A stretch of DNA of 64,000 nucleotides from Octopus vulgaris (Eukaryota): contig OX597816.1 of NCBI GenBank assembly GCA_951406725.2, positions 139,314,001 to 139,378,000 on the forward strand. The letters run 5' to 3'. How positions within the stretch are numbered: position 1 is the first letter of the stretch; each line of letters opens with the position of its first letter. A program made the position numbers and the translations under genes. The notes under the pieces were generated by a model. That model was given only the letters and a program-made list of their open reading frames with translations, ran no database searches and had not been told where the DNA came from. This document shows, in pieces, positions 39,742 through 53,287 of this stretch.

Positions 39742-40435
39742 TCCAATAGAAGGAAACAAATTCCTCTTATAGGGATGGAAACATACCTAATACAGTAGAA
39801 AAACTTTTACAATATAAATGGGTATATATGCAATATACAAAATAAAAAGAAAATTGAGAGTTCAAACTGACATATGTTAATTTATTAACATAACATTAAT
39901 AATCATTACAATTGTTTTGATTTAAATTAAAAACCAATAACAAATTTATAAAAATTCATATTTTGGAAATATTTTGAGTAAAAATCTCGTCAGGGTAATT
40001 CAGGATAAAAGTTTACATATTAGAGGTTTGTCATCCTTAAAAATATTGAATTATTGAATATATTGATTGATTAATTCAGTCTGTTTAAGGATCTTAAACT
40101 TCTAACAAGTAACTTTTTGTCCTGAATTACCCTAAAGAGATTTTTACTCAAAATATTTCCAAAATATGAATTTATATAAAATTGTTATTCGTTTTGAGTG
40201 TGAATCGAAACAATTGTAGAGATTATTAATATTATGTTAATAAATTGATTAATAAGTATATTGATTAATTCAGTCTGTTTAAGGATCTCAAACTTTTGTC
40301 CTGATTTATCCTGAGGAGATTCTTACTCAAAATGTGAAGTTTTATAAATTTGGTATTGGTTTTTTTGTTTGAATCGAAACAATTGCAGGAATTATTAATA
40401 TTATGTTAATGAATTTTCCTTTCATTTTGCATATA
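39740..40435. mobile_element. Penelope-like terminal-repeat remnant: one inverted plus two direct copies, each with a hammerhead motif
   Basis: Unit cctgaattacc-CTGAnGA-GATT...AATC-GAAAC-AATT-GTA at 39907-39993 (-), 40132-40218 (+) and 40311-40387 (+). Confidence 0.72.
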
Positions 40436-40548
40436 TACATACATCTTTGCTAGTATGTACGCAGTGAAGCTATACAATTGCGTTGTATTTATTACGATTG
40501 CTATTTTCCAGTGAATATTGGTGTCTTGTTGTACCATTTATCTACTTT

Positions 40549-40621
<73 letters not shown>

Positions 40622-40626
40622 CTATG

Positions 40627-40683
<57 letters not shown>

Positions 40684-41157
40684 CATACAGGTAGGCAATA
40701 CATACGTATATCATACACAGCGGCGCGCGACTACACCCACACTCAGACAAACACACACATACATACACACGCACCCACACGTAGTTTTACTGCCCCCTTG
40801 CTGTGGTGGTGCTTAAACACTGAAGTAAATGACAGAGAATGGCAACACAGAGTTAGTAGTAAGTCATATGTTGGAGGGGTAGTGGAAAGAGATAGAATAA
40901 GGCTGAGAGATCGCGTAGATAGAAAGATGGATAAAGAGAGAGAGGAGGGTAGAGAGAGAAATACAATAAAAAACCTGGCTACACTGTTAATTAATTGTCA
41001 ATATCCTGCATACTTATTCATCCCACACGGCTTCTGTACATTCCAGAAAACTCAGAGAATAGCGCAACATAATCATCCGTGGTAAATCCACTATTTGATA
41101 GAATTATAGATGAATATTGGTCTATTGTCTACCTTTTCATCTCCACTGTCTCCACGG

Positions 41158-41211
<54 letters not shown>

Positions 41212-41232
41212 GAATATATATATATATATATA

Positions 41233-41417
41233 TATATAATATAATTCGAGACAAAACCACTATTTTAAAACCAAACAAGGAAAGACTTAATCAATACATA
41301 AAATTTTAATATCAAATAGTGGCGGTTTATTTAATTTATATTAAAATTTTATGTATTGATTAAGTCTTTCCTTGTTTGGTTTTAAAATAGTGGTTTTGTC
41401 TCGAATTATATTATATA
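41233..41417. repeat. Perfect ~79-bp inverted repeat with a 27-nt spacer (probably a Penelope-type inverted end)
   Basis: tataattcgagacaaaacc...aaaattttaata is mirrored at 41339-41417; the repeat is embedded in (TA)n. Confidence 0.85.
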
Positions 41418-41490
41418 ATATTTTACTATAAATTGGATTTAACCCTAAATCTGATTTTTCCCTGTAATTTTGGATTCATTCCCTAATATT

Positions 41491-41568
<78 letters not shown>

Positions 41569-41571
41569 GTA

Positions 41572-41822
41572 TACTTTGATACTTTGATAGGTTTTGGCCA
41601 TTATTGGCCCAGGCCATGTCTAACTTAATAGCACCACCTGGTGAAGTCTTTCAAGTCAGAATTTGGGCACTATGGCCCACTCAAGTAGAGAGTTATTGTT
41701 TACAGAGACATATCCGGGTGTAGGGGGTTTATCCGGGATTTCTTGAAGGAATCTGTCCAAAGACTTCTTGAACCCTATAGGGTCAGTTTCTGTTTTAATG
41801 TGTTTTGGTGTAATAATGTACA
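41572..41822 (-). mobile_element. CR1-like LINE 3' end (second subfamily) with (ATCAAAGT)n tail
   Basis: PKHIKTETDPIGFKKSLDRFLQEIPDKP...NNNSLLEW. 3' UTR GGTGGTGC..CATGGCC..GGCCAATAATGGCCAAAAC. Confidence 0.8.
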
Positions 41823-42415
41823 TACATATACCCACACGCACACAAACATATATATATAGATAATATATATATATGTAATTTATCTATATAGATGCATATA
41901 TGGATATAGGACGACACCAACGGTGCAAATAATATGAAACACGTAAGCAAACGAGGGAAAAACAAGTGAAATACGCAAACAATGAGAAAAATATGGAAAA
42001 CAGGACAAGTAAAAACAGAGAATGTACCCTTCATCAGTTGACAGCTGTCTACCTACTCCTCATTTCGAGCATTCTATGACAGTATGAGTTATCAAAGACA
42101 GTTGCTCCGATAAATTCTAAAATAAAATTTAGGATTCATGGAGGGCCAAAGTTGGGAACAAAAAAAATAACAGTGGAGGTATACAAGGAAATCGAACGAA
42201 AACAAACATAGAAGGTCGTTAGGCCAGAACGAGAGGAAGATAGTGAAGATAGAGAAACACGTCCGTTCTTTTAAACGTCCGCGCAGGAAAAGAAAGATGT
42301 ATGTATGTAAATATATATATATATGGATGTATAGACATATATGTATATATGTATATATATATGGATGTATATATACATATATGTATACGGTCTGTGCATG
42401 TTGTATACATCATGC

Positions 42416-42446
<31 letters not shown>

Positions 42447-42493
42447 ATAAATACAAACATACATACATGCATACATATATACATACTTACATA

Positions 42494-42568
<75 letters not shown>

Positions 42569-42858
42569 GTATATATATATCGCTTAATTATTACGAAAGC
42601 CTGAAGATTTCTAGTCTTATGTAATCCTTTATAGTACCATTTCATTTTTATTAGAACTCAACAGCATGACATAACCTGATGTATATAAATTAAATTAAAC
42701 GTTTTCTGAATCAAGATTTTTCTCAAAGATGGAAAATAATTACAATTTAAGAATATTTTTTTCTTTTATTTGTATTTCATTTCTGTTTTTTATTTTATTC
42801 TGGTTTTATCGTGGGGTCCTGTTTGCTGGTGACACATTTTTATTTAAATATCCGGATG

Positions 42859-43160
42859 TAAAAATATGTCCGGGTGTATATAAATCCTTGTTTATATGCG
42901 TTTCTTTTACTCCAGCTGTGAAAGGGCGTAGCCTAGTGGTTTGGATGTTTGACCTATGATTATAAAATTATCAGTTCAGTTTTTGAACCTGGTGCTGCGT
43001 TTGTCCTTGATGTTGCGCCAATCTGCTTTATTTCAAAAACTGAACTGATAATTTTATAATCATAGGTCAAACATCCAAACCACTAGGCTACGCCCTTTCA
43101 CAGCTGGAGTAAAAGAAACGCATATAAACAAGGATTTATATACACCCGGACATATTTTTA
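42859..43160. repeat. Perfect 129-bp inverted duplication
   Basis: 42859-42987 is the exact reverse complement of 43032-43160. The spacer recurs inverted at 44505-44554. Confidence 0.93.
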
Positions 43161-43366
43161 TTACTGGGTCACGAATGGGTAGTTGGAAGGTGTGTCTATG
43201 TTTGCTCATGACTACATACATTTCCATAACAACTAATCAAAGCAAGGTACACGATACCAGTCCATTATCGCTTGTGCGTGACGTATAAAGGTAATCTTTA
43301 CTCCAACTATCAATGCACGTGTTCGCGTGTGAACTGGTGTGTGTTTGTGTATGTGTGTGTGTGTGT

Positions 43367-43429
<63 letters not shown>

Positions 43430-44043
43430 AATACTGTTGCTTCTAGTTTCGGCCATTCACTTAGACAAAAATGACTCTGCTATCCTCTATCAGACCATAC
43501 TTCCTATCGCTTACTACTCTTATAGCTTAATCCGACTTATTGAAATTGTCTTCCCTCTCTCACAGGTTTATCTTCTTTCTTTAATCTCATTGTAGTTCAT
43601 CCTCTTGAAATTCTCTTCTTTCTGTCCTAATTGTTCTCTCTCACTTCCTCTTTCTCTTTTTCTCTCTTTCTTTCTTTCCTTCTTTCTCACTCTCCCTCTT
43701 TCTTTCTTTCTCTCCCCCCTCTCTCTCTCTCACTCCCAGCACTAATACTCTCCCGATTCCTGCCATTTCTTACTGCGACCTGGTGCTCATACATTAAGGA
43801 CGAAAAAAAAATCTTTTTTTATCTTTGAAGAAGTATTTTGCCCGAAACGTTGAAAACACTTCTCAATTTTAAACTTAAAAAATAAATATGTCTGCCGATG
43901 TAAACCTGACTTACAAGCACACAAACACACACGTGCGCGCACACAAATGCGCACCCACCCATGCATGCATATATACACAAATACAACACTTCTATGCATT
44001 TATATGTACCTATATAATATATTATGTATGCATTTATATATTT

Positions 44044-44085
<42 letters not shown>

Positions 44086-44369
44086 CGAGTGCGAAGGCAA
44101 ATGCATGTATAATGTAATACATTTGTATATATTTAGTACCACTATCTAATTAAAACAAGCCACATCAAATATCAATAATTGCATAGCTCATCGCAATTTG
44201 ACGTCTGCATGTCCAAAACTGTATTATCTACATGTCTAAAGAAAGAACTACTACAGTGGTGATCAGTTTCTGAACACTCTCGGTAAATGTTAAATAATCG
44301 AGTCACATACAAGTATTTTGGTCATATCTACAAGTATGTTGCTTTTATAATCCACATTGCCTGATAAGG

Positions 44370-44452
44370 CAAGTAGCTTGCTTACCAACCACATGGTTCC
44401 GGGTCCAGTCCCACTGCGTGGCACCTTGGCCAAGTGTCTTCTACTATAGCCG
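44370..44452 (+). mobile_element. SINE-B head fragment
   Basis: aagtagcttgcttaccaaccacatggttccgggtccagtcccactgcgtggcacc. Confidence 0.85.
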
Positions 44453-44591
44453 CCTAGAAGGAGGAGTTGAGTGTTGCACCAGGGCCTTGCTGATTCCAAT
44501 TTATAATAAAGCAGATTGGCGCAACCTCAAGGACAAACGCAGCACCAGGTTCAAGAATTGAACTAATACAACTTGATGTTTTGCCTTTTTA

Positions 44592-44637
44592 ACTACTACT
44601 ACTACTACTACTACTACTACTGGTGCTGCTGCTGCTG

Positions 44638-44690
<53 letters not shown>

Positions 44691-44775
44691 GCTGCTGCTT
44701 CTGCTGCTGCTTCTGCTGCTGTTGCTGCTGCTGCTACAGTTATTGTTGCTCCCACTATTGTTGCCGCTGCTGCAG
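44592..44775. repeat. (CTA)n/(CTG)n compound microsatellite
   Basis: Direct inspection. Confidence 0.95.
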
Positions 44776-45831
44776 TTGCATATGTATATGCTTGCACGTA
44801 TATATATAGATATATGTATATATATGTGTGCATACGTTCGTATGCACATATACTACGAGTTTCTGCACAGTCAAGTCTGCGCCCATTATGTTGCACCACA
44901 AACCTAAAACTGAAGAATTTGAAGCTGTGAACCAGTTTCAGTTCCTAAATGAAACTATTCACCCCATTTAGGTTACCAATATTGTTAACCAATGCATATA
45001 TATCACATCATCACATTTCTCTTTTCTACTAATTTTAACCTGGTAGCTTGTGAAATTTTATTAATATCTTTTTTCTGTTTCTTTGATTTATCATTGAACA
45101 AGGCGTGATATTAAAGCTCGTTAACATTGTGAGGGATTTCGGTTATTAGAAAGTCTTATCGTTTCTAGTACGTTCTCAGTGGCGTATTGTTGATATGATA
45201 GAAATTACATCAAACATGTATTGTCTATGCACAGAGACCCACAAAACATTCTCCTATGGGGACATAAGAGTCTCGTTTGTTTTCTTGTATAACACAAGGA
45301 CAAAATAAGGACATATTACGGAAACAATGTTGATCCTTTCACTCTTTGGTTTCGGACTACACGCAATTAAAAGCCTGAAAGGTTTGTACAAATGCGAGAT
45401 CTGAAAATTACGGATGATCTCTCCCTCTCTCAAGCAATCTCATTTTCATAACATAAAAAGACTCATCCTAGAGACTAGTGGTCTCCTTCAGCTGCAAACA
45501 TCGTTTGATTCTCTAAAAAAAAACTCGGATAAGTTCCACAATGGAGTAGTACTCTTCACATATGAAGTCCAATCCTTAACCCGAACAACTTGACCACTCC
45601 TCCAATTTACTTCTTACTAACGTTGTTTCTTGTAGATTGCGTCAACTACTGTTTAAACTGAACATCAACCGCACAAATCACATGAATCTTGGCAGACACA
45701 CAATAGTCATCAACACTATGCCTTTCAACTAACTAAACCATATATAATGTTCGTTGAGTACTTGCTTATAACAGAATGATACATATATGTAAATCTATAC
45801 AGTAATCATACAAACATGGCAAATTTACCTA

Positions 45832-46046
45832 CAAGGTAGTGCTGAATAGTTCCTGGTTTTAATGGTATCACGAAAGGCCTGGTTGGAGGCCCAAACTTCC
45901 GAGTTATTTTACAGGACTGAGAAAAACTGAAGGACCGCTGCTAAATGTGTGAATCTGAGAGGAGAATGTGTTGAATAAAATCATAATTAACTGATCCTTC
46001 TGTATTTTCTTTTACTCAAAACCAGGAACCTTTCAGCATGCCCTCA
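45832..46046. mobile_element. Mariner-derived MITE
   Basis: TIRs caaggtagtgctgaatagttcctggtttt / aaaaccaggaacctttcagcatgccctca, TA flanks, and a transposase 3'-end remnant (KCVNLRGECVE). Confidence 0.75.
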
Positions 46047-47074
46047 TATTTCTTTGTAAACTGAGAAAACGATAAGTAATGCTAATCGATTTTTGATCTT
46101 CATTTAGGGCTCATCGTCCGCGTCTACATCACTTGACCAATCCAACAGAAACAAGCAGCCCATCGGTTTATATACACATGTAGTAACTACAGAGAACTGA
46201 AGCTTCTAATTTGCATACTATAAGCGTTTCAGTATATAATTCAAATACGTTTTCCACCCATCTACAGTCACTAAATAAAGTACGTGTGTATGGTAGTGGA
46301 CTAGTGCAATCGTTGAACGTCGGCCGGAATACCTTATGTTATTTGTTCCTACTCTTTGTATTCTGAGTTCAAATACTGCTGAGACCTTCTTGTGGCAGAC
46401 TTAATCCGTTGCTCAGTCAACACCATCACTACTTGATCTTTGAATGTCTTTAGTAGAATCTATCCTGTTGTAAGCATTTAGTCCGGCTTTCCAGTCTGTT
46501 GCTAACCTTCTCCCGCCGTCTTACCACTCACGTAAAACATATAAAGTATAATGGGCTCTGCAATTTCTCCTAAGTGAAATACGCTGGAAACTGTTTGTTG
46601 TAATTCTGGCTGTTATCAACCAGTTACAGTTATAATAATTAGACATCATGACACCAAAATACTTCATTTGCTTAATTTTATCAGCTGGATATAGACGTCA
46701 GCTAAATATTATAAAACAGAATAATTCCAAAGTGATTCTAATACACGCTTCCTTCATGTGACAGAAGTTCTGCGTATCTCAGAGCAAGGTGTCATTGCGA
46801 AAATAGCTTTCACGTTTCTGAATTTCATGTTACGCAAGGTGTTTCTAATACGCAAAGCTTCTGTAAGGCGGGTATTTAGCTAGTGACGTCGAAGTACATA
46901 AATGAGATGTCTCAGTTTTCAGCGAAATGTTGAAAGTGCGACAATGTGTGTGCAGGGAACTGATGAGTGGAAGATATGAGTGGAGTGACAGAATGTGAGA
47001 AAGAAAATGAAAGGGACGGTGGGGAACGAATAAATTAGAGAAACACGCGACCGGAAACAAAATAAGGAATATGT

Positions 47075-47120
<46 letters not shown>

Positions 47121-47502
47121 ATAGTAGTAGTAGTAGTAGTGGTGGTGGTGGTGGTGGTGGTGGTGGTGGAGGTGGTGGTAGTAGTAGTAGTAGTGTTGGT
47201 GATGATGATCATTGTAGTGATAATGATTATGATGTCGAAGATGATAAGTGATCAATGATGGTGGCATCGTGAAGGGAAGAGTGTGTTGATGGTAATGATA
47301 ACATTCGGTGATGGTGGTGGTGGTGATGATGATGATGATGATGATCGACCATCATGATGGTGAAGGTGGTGGTGGTGGTGGTGGTGGTGGTGATGATGTC
47401 TTGACGATCGTGGTGTTGGTGATGAAAAAGAAACAAAATACACCACAATAATGAAAGTATGTATTGCGAAGCTCAAAATAGCGATAAGAAATCATCCAGA
47501 AA

Positions 47503-47560
<58 letters not shown>
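47075..47560. repeat. (GCA)/(GTA)/(GTG)/(GAT) and (GA)n arrays
   Basis: Direct inspection. Confidence 0.95.
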
Positions 47561-47563
<3 letters not shown>

Positions 47564-47701
47564 GTGGGTGGGAGAGAGAACAAGAGAGAATGTTAGAAAA
47601 GACGTGATGTGAACTACAGCAGACAGTTTGGCTGCGCAGTATGTGTGCGTAAGTGCACAAATGCATGTAGGTGTGCATGCGTGTGTATGTATGTGTGCAT
47701 G

Positions 47702-47751
<50 letters not shown>

Positions 47752-48161
47752 ACACACTGCGTCCCTAAAGGCGAAGCCTATATTAATCAGTTTGAGGATC
47801 GGTGGAACGGTGGATGACGAACAGAGTCAAGTGTTGGTTCGGTGAGAGAAAGAGCAATGCTGTCCAATATATATTGCAGAGACATTAATAAACGGATTCC
47901 AATTACATGTAAGCCAACGGTCATTAGTTTAGCTCGTTATCAACAACATCAGTGCCAGAATGAACACCCTACTAGTGCAAATGCTATCACCTAACATGTT
48001 CTGTATAAATTGACAGCCTTCGAACAGTACAGGAGGAGAGAATAGAAAGCGTCACACACAGATACATATGCATAAATACACAGATCCATGCACATACAGA
48101 TTTGTTCATAATCATGAGCACACATGTGCTCACAATGTACAGAAAGCAAATATATACATAC

Positions 48162-48274
<113 letters not shown>

Positions 48275-48368
48275 GTATATGCGTATGTATATTTGTGCAT
48301 ATATGCATATATGCATATATATATATGTATATATAAGTATGTATATATGAATGTGTATATGTATATGA

Positions 48369-48400
<32 letters not shown>

Positions 48401-48424
48401 ATATGTATATGTATATATATGTAT

Positions 48425-48515
<91 letters not shown>

Positions 48516-48855
48516 TATATAAATATATCTTACGTCCTGGTAAGTTATTTCCAGAGAAGCAGTCAACCCGAGTTCTGGGCTATCAGCACTGTCAGATTTC
48601 AGACTAATACAGAAACTTTTTCAAGTGTCGAAAATCCTGGTTTTACGAAGGTAAAACTTCTGTGTAGCGAAGAGTAAACTATAATCTAAATAATAAGACG
48701 AAGAAATCCATTAGTACAGTTTTAACGATTCGTTACAATTGTTTCTATAAAACCTCTGCTTGGAACACCCGTTTACATAATATTCGTAGCGAAAATTTAC
48801 GTAGTATTTGCGGCTTTAGACGTTAGAGCTGCACTTTATCAGACTTGACTCAAAG

Positions 48856-49112
48856 GTGGAGGCGCGTGGCTTAGTGGTTAGGGTGTCAGCACCATTATCG
48901 TAAGATTGTGGTTTCGATTCCTGGACCGGGCGACGCGTTGTGTTCTGGAGCAAAATACTTCATTTTACGTTGCTCCAGTCCACTCAACTGGCAAAAATGA
49001 GTAACGCTGTGATGGACTGGCGTCTCGTCCAGCTGGGGAACACATACTCCATAGAAACCGGGAAACTCGACTCATGAGCCTGGCTAGGCTTTAAAAGGGC
49101 GCATTTATTATT
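48856..49112 (+). mobile_element. SINE family C, best-preserved copy
   Basis: Box A TGGCTTAGTGG, box B GGTTTCGATTCC, central gatggactggcgtctcgtccag, and an (ATT)n-like end. Confidence 0.85.
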
Positions 49113-49281
49113 TTTATAATATAAAAGCATCCGTTGGATGCAAGTCTGACAAAGCACTACACTAATGTTTAAAACCGCAAATATTGCGTAAATTTTCACT
49201 TCGAAATCTTGCGTAAACTGGCGATTGTTCATTAAAGGTATGTTAAAGTATTTCGTTGTTTGGATTATTTGTGTGCGCACA

Positions 49282-49313
<32 letters not shown>

Positions 49314-49649
49314 CGTGTGTGTGTGTGTGTGTGCGTGTGTGTGTGTGCGTATGTGTGCGCGTGTGTGAAACATAAATGCGCTTGTGTACTTATGGGGCAG
49401 AGAAAAAATGTGTATATAAAATGGCCTAAAATTAAGACACAAGGCCAGCAATTCTGATGAGGTGATATAAGTTGATTTCCTTTAATCTCCCCTTAAGATA
49501 TTCATTATGGTAATGATTCCCCCCCCCTAACAACGAGTGTAATTTCTATCAGTTGGCTCACTTGATTAAGCGAGTCGCTGCATATTTTTCTCCAGTGATT
49601 TGGTTTGTATCGATGTATCTTCTCTTATAATTCTTTGAATTCATCCTCA

Positions 49650-49860
49650 TAAGGCGGTAAGTTGACAGAACTGTTACTATGCTGGACAAAATAGCTAGCG
49701 ATGTTTCGTCTGTCTTTACGTTTTGAGTTCAAATTCCGCCGCGAACGATTTTGTCTTTCATCATTTCGAGGTCGATGAAATAAAGAAGCAGCTATGTACT
49801 TAGGGATCGATGTAATCGACTAGCAAATACCTTGTCCCAAAATACCAGGCCTTCCAAGAG
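49650..49860 (+). mobile_element. SINE family A, diverged
   Basis: aaggcggtaagttgacagaa...gagttcaaattccgcc...ggatcgatgtaatcgact. Confidence 0.8.
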
Positions 49861-49879
49861 TATAAATTATTTAGAATGT

Positions 49880-50120
49880 TGCTGCTGATGATGATGATAT
49901 CTCTTTTCGTTCAATGGCTATTGGGTGATGAGCGTTCTCCAACTGGTATCATTCTGAGCTAAATTCGCAGCCTTCTTCCCAGGTGACAACCATCTTGGTT
50001 AAGTCTTTCGATGCAGTCCCCATCCACATCTACACCGGTCTGTCCTTTCTCCTTCCTCCTTCAACAGTCCACACGGCGGTTGACGTTGCCGGTCTCTCCA
50101 ACCACAAGCTCAATAATACC
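49880..50120 (-). mobile_element. RTE-type LINE 3' fragment with (CAT)n tail
   Basis: Manual translation WTVEGGRRKDRP..WM..SKDL...TWEE (G.R..GRP...W motif). Confidence 0.6.
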
Positions 50121-50593
50121 TCCTAATTAACTGACAAACCATTATCACTAAAATTAAGGCCACAATAAACTTCAAAAATGTCTTGTATAATCGCTGGTAC
50201 GTTCCACTGCTGTATTGTAGATTGTATTGTATGTATAACGTAAGTAAAGAGCATTGAAACAAAGCTAACATACCCGAAGTAGCTTCCAAGGACGCCCAAT
50301 AGACAGATATAATGCAAATCAGTCTCTCCGATTTACGGAGACTCTTACCATACTGGATTTATAAAAAGTGACTTTGCGGGCGTTTAATGAAGTTGCTCAG
50401 TGATTGATGGAATTTCAGGAAAAGGATGGAAAGTAGTCCGTTGGTCCTTCTTTGTTACTCTGTCAGCGATGATATTGCTTATAAAGATAATCTTGACATG
50501 TGTCTAATACAGTATAGCAAGACCTCATTCAATAATTATATACATTACACACACTTGCACACACACACACACACTTACACACACATACACACA

Positions 50594-51886
50594 CAACGTG
50601 TCCATAAATTATCTTGACGACTTCTACAGTTTATTGCATCTATCAAAGTTGAGATCCATCAATCAACATCTTTGCATGATAAATAAATATTATTAAAGAT
50701 GTAATTTATGTACTTTGTTTTAGTATTAAAATCACTTCTGTTTGTCTTTCAAGATGTTTATTATTATCCCCCACTTTTGATCAAAAAGACAACATCACAG
50801 GAGAAAGCGCCATGTGTGTCCTGGTTCATAGAGTTCAAATCAGACACTCAGGCCCAACGGATTAACTATACAAAATATAGAACAGAATCACCAACTCGTG
50901 TAAACATCCGTGTCTGACTTAAAAAGTTTATGGAAACAGGAAGCGTCCTACAAAAAAGAGGGTCTGGGCGACCGAAAACATCTGTGAAAGACGTCAAGCG
51001 AATTCGAGTAGCATTTCATTGTAGTTCTACTCAGTTCATTCATATTGCAAGTAAAGAGTTATGTTTACCACGGTTAACAACTCACAAAATTTTGCACAAG
51101 AACATGAGGTTTTATGCTTATAAAGTGCAACTTTTGCAAGCACTGCAGCCAGATGACAAACACCAAATGAAACTATTTGCGGTGGAAATGTCAGCATGAT
51201 CAGATAAAGATAAAAGCTTCTTTCGAAAGTTTTGTTTCGGTAGACTAACGAAGCAACATTTCGTGTATCAGGAGTGATAAATAAGCACATCAGGATCTGG
51301 TGTTCGGAAAGCCCTCACGAGACAAGAGAACTGGAGAGAAACAGCCCAAATGTTAATGTTTGGTGCGGCCTCCTGTCAATCGACACTTATCTTTATCTAT
51401 TATAAGAATTTGTTGTACCGCAGTTGCATCACTTGCAACGAAAAGTTATTATTATCCAGCAATATGATGGGCTGCCCCATTGGGGGTTATGTGTTCATGA
51501 GTTTCTTAATAAAACTTTCCCAAATCGGTAGATCGGAAGAGGAAGTCCAGCTCCCTTGTCACCTAGGCAACAGGATATAACACCTCCATACTTCTTAGGG
51601 GCCTACATTTAAGATAGAGTCTATCGTACAAAATTTCAGGACCTCAATGATTTCAAGTAAAAAATACGCCAAGCAACATCCATCATCGAAGAGGGTATAC
51701 TCCAACGGGTATGGTCAGAAACTGAGCATCGTCTAGTTGTGTTGCCTGCAACGAGTAGAGTCCACACAGAAGGCTTCTAATGTTTCTCGTAAAACTATAT
51801 CTGTTTACCTATGATTTTTAATAATATCTGCTGAGATATCCTTATTTTTTTACTTTTCTTATCTGAATTTTTCATATTGTAAAGTC
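50594..51886 (+). mobile_element. Decayed rosa/DD41D-like Tc1/mariner element
   Basis: FMETGSVLQKRGSGRPK, YAYKVQLLQALQP, NEATF, SPNVNVWCGL and DITPPYFLGAY remnants; the right TIR is truncated. Confidence 0.8.
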
Positions 51887-52456
51887 TCTATCTGTCTGTA
51901 TGTATGCATGTATGTATGTGTGTATATGGACAAAGGTATGTGTCCAAATTCAAACATACACATCATGACATTACAGAAAATGGTGTACTGTGCACGCGCG
52001 TGTATAACTGACAGAAACATGCTGCAAAACGTGCACTAACATATACACAGGAATTTTCATCAGATACAGTGGAACGTATCATGTGAAAGTGTTACCTACC
52101 TATTGGATGTCGATCACTTTTCTATAAACAACTAAAATAGCAAATTATAATCGTTCTAGATATAGTAAATAACCGTATAAGTGAGCTCCTATTGTTGTCT
52201 CAGTTAATATGCATTACGGCTAAAAGCAAGTCTATTTTATCTGTAAAAAGGTGCCAGAGAGTGAAGAGATTCATTCGGTGTGCAGTATCAGGTTTCTAAA
52301 ACTTACAATGTTTCGTTAGATTGCAAAGCTAGGTTCGTCCCGTTATGTGAGTAAGGGTTTTGTCTAAAATGACTCTAAAATCAATTCATTACCTTCTCCT
52401 TCTATATGAAACGGTACTCACAGAACTGATTGTAAGATTATATGAATAAACGAAGA

Positions 52457-53249
52457 GCGTGGCACCTTAGGCAGCTGTCTTCTACTATATCCTCGGACCG
52501 GCCAAAACTTTGTGAGTGGATATGGAAAACGGAAACTGAAAAAAGGCTGTCATGTATATCTTGGCTTGGCTTCGCTGACGAAGATTAGGAAGGCTGTTGT
52601 CCACGTCGTCTGCATGCTCGTTCGCGGCTGATAAGACCGATGTGGGATCGACATATCGGATTTCAGTATGACAGGGGTATGGTTATTCAGGGTCGGATGA
52701 TGCAGCTGCATCGTTTTTTTCGCCTCTGACGTTTGTCTTCAAGAGAGGCACTGCGAGAGATCTCAAAGGAGGAAACAACATCACTGATGGTTTGACGCCA
52801 AGCGACGCGGTCAGCTGATAGAGTGGACCACTCACGATAATCAGTGTCACAAACGCTAAGAAATATAAAACCTCGGTCGTAGGTTTTATATCGGAGTGTC
52901 CTTCTAGACAGGCTGCCGATCGGGGCTAACAAGACCCATATGCTCAGAGCGGCCTGGTTATACTGCGCTAAACACCCGCAGTCGTCTTCTCCTGTTGGTT
53001 TAGATCAAGGTGGTACCACGATGAGGTTGGAGTAGGACTTAGGGTTTGCGTCACTCTGTGGAAGTTTTAGTTCTGTATGGTACTCACCCAAACCAGCATC
53101 CGGTGACTATGTGGACCTCTACATACCACCTAGGTAGGTGGTATATGGGGGTCGACATTGTAGAAAACACTTTATGTAGGTGTCTTCTACTGTAGCCTCG
53201 ACCAAAACCTTGTGAGTGGATTTGGTAAACGGAAACTGAAAAAAGCCCG

Positions 53250-53287
<38 letters not shown>

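Noticed and set aside
42030-42110. Further hammerhead candidates (also near 7150-7200, 25405-25450, 45350-45495 and 48730-48845)
   Set aside because: Only partial cores are present, and helices I-III could not be assembled convincingly.
48856-48930. tRNA gene (box A/box B)
   Set aside because: There is no proper cloverleaf, and the sequence continues into a repeated SINE body, so it is a tRNA-derived SINE head.
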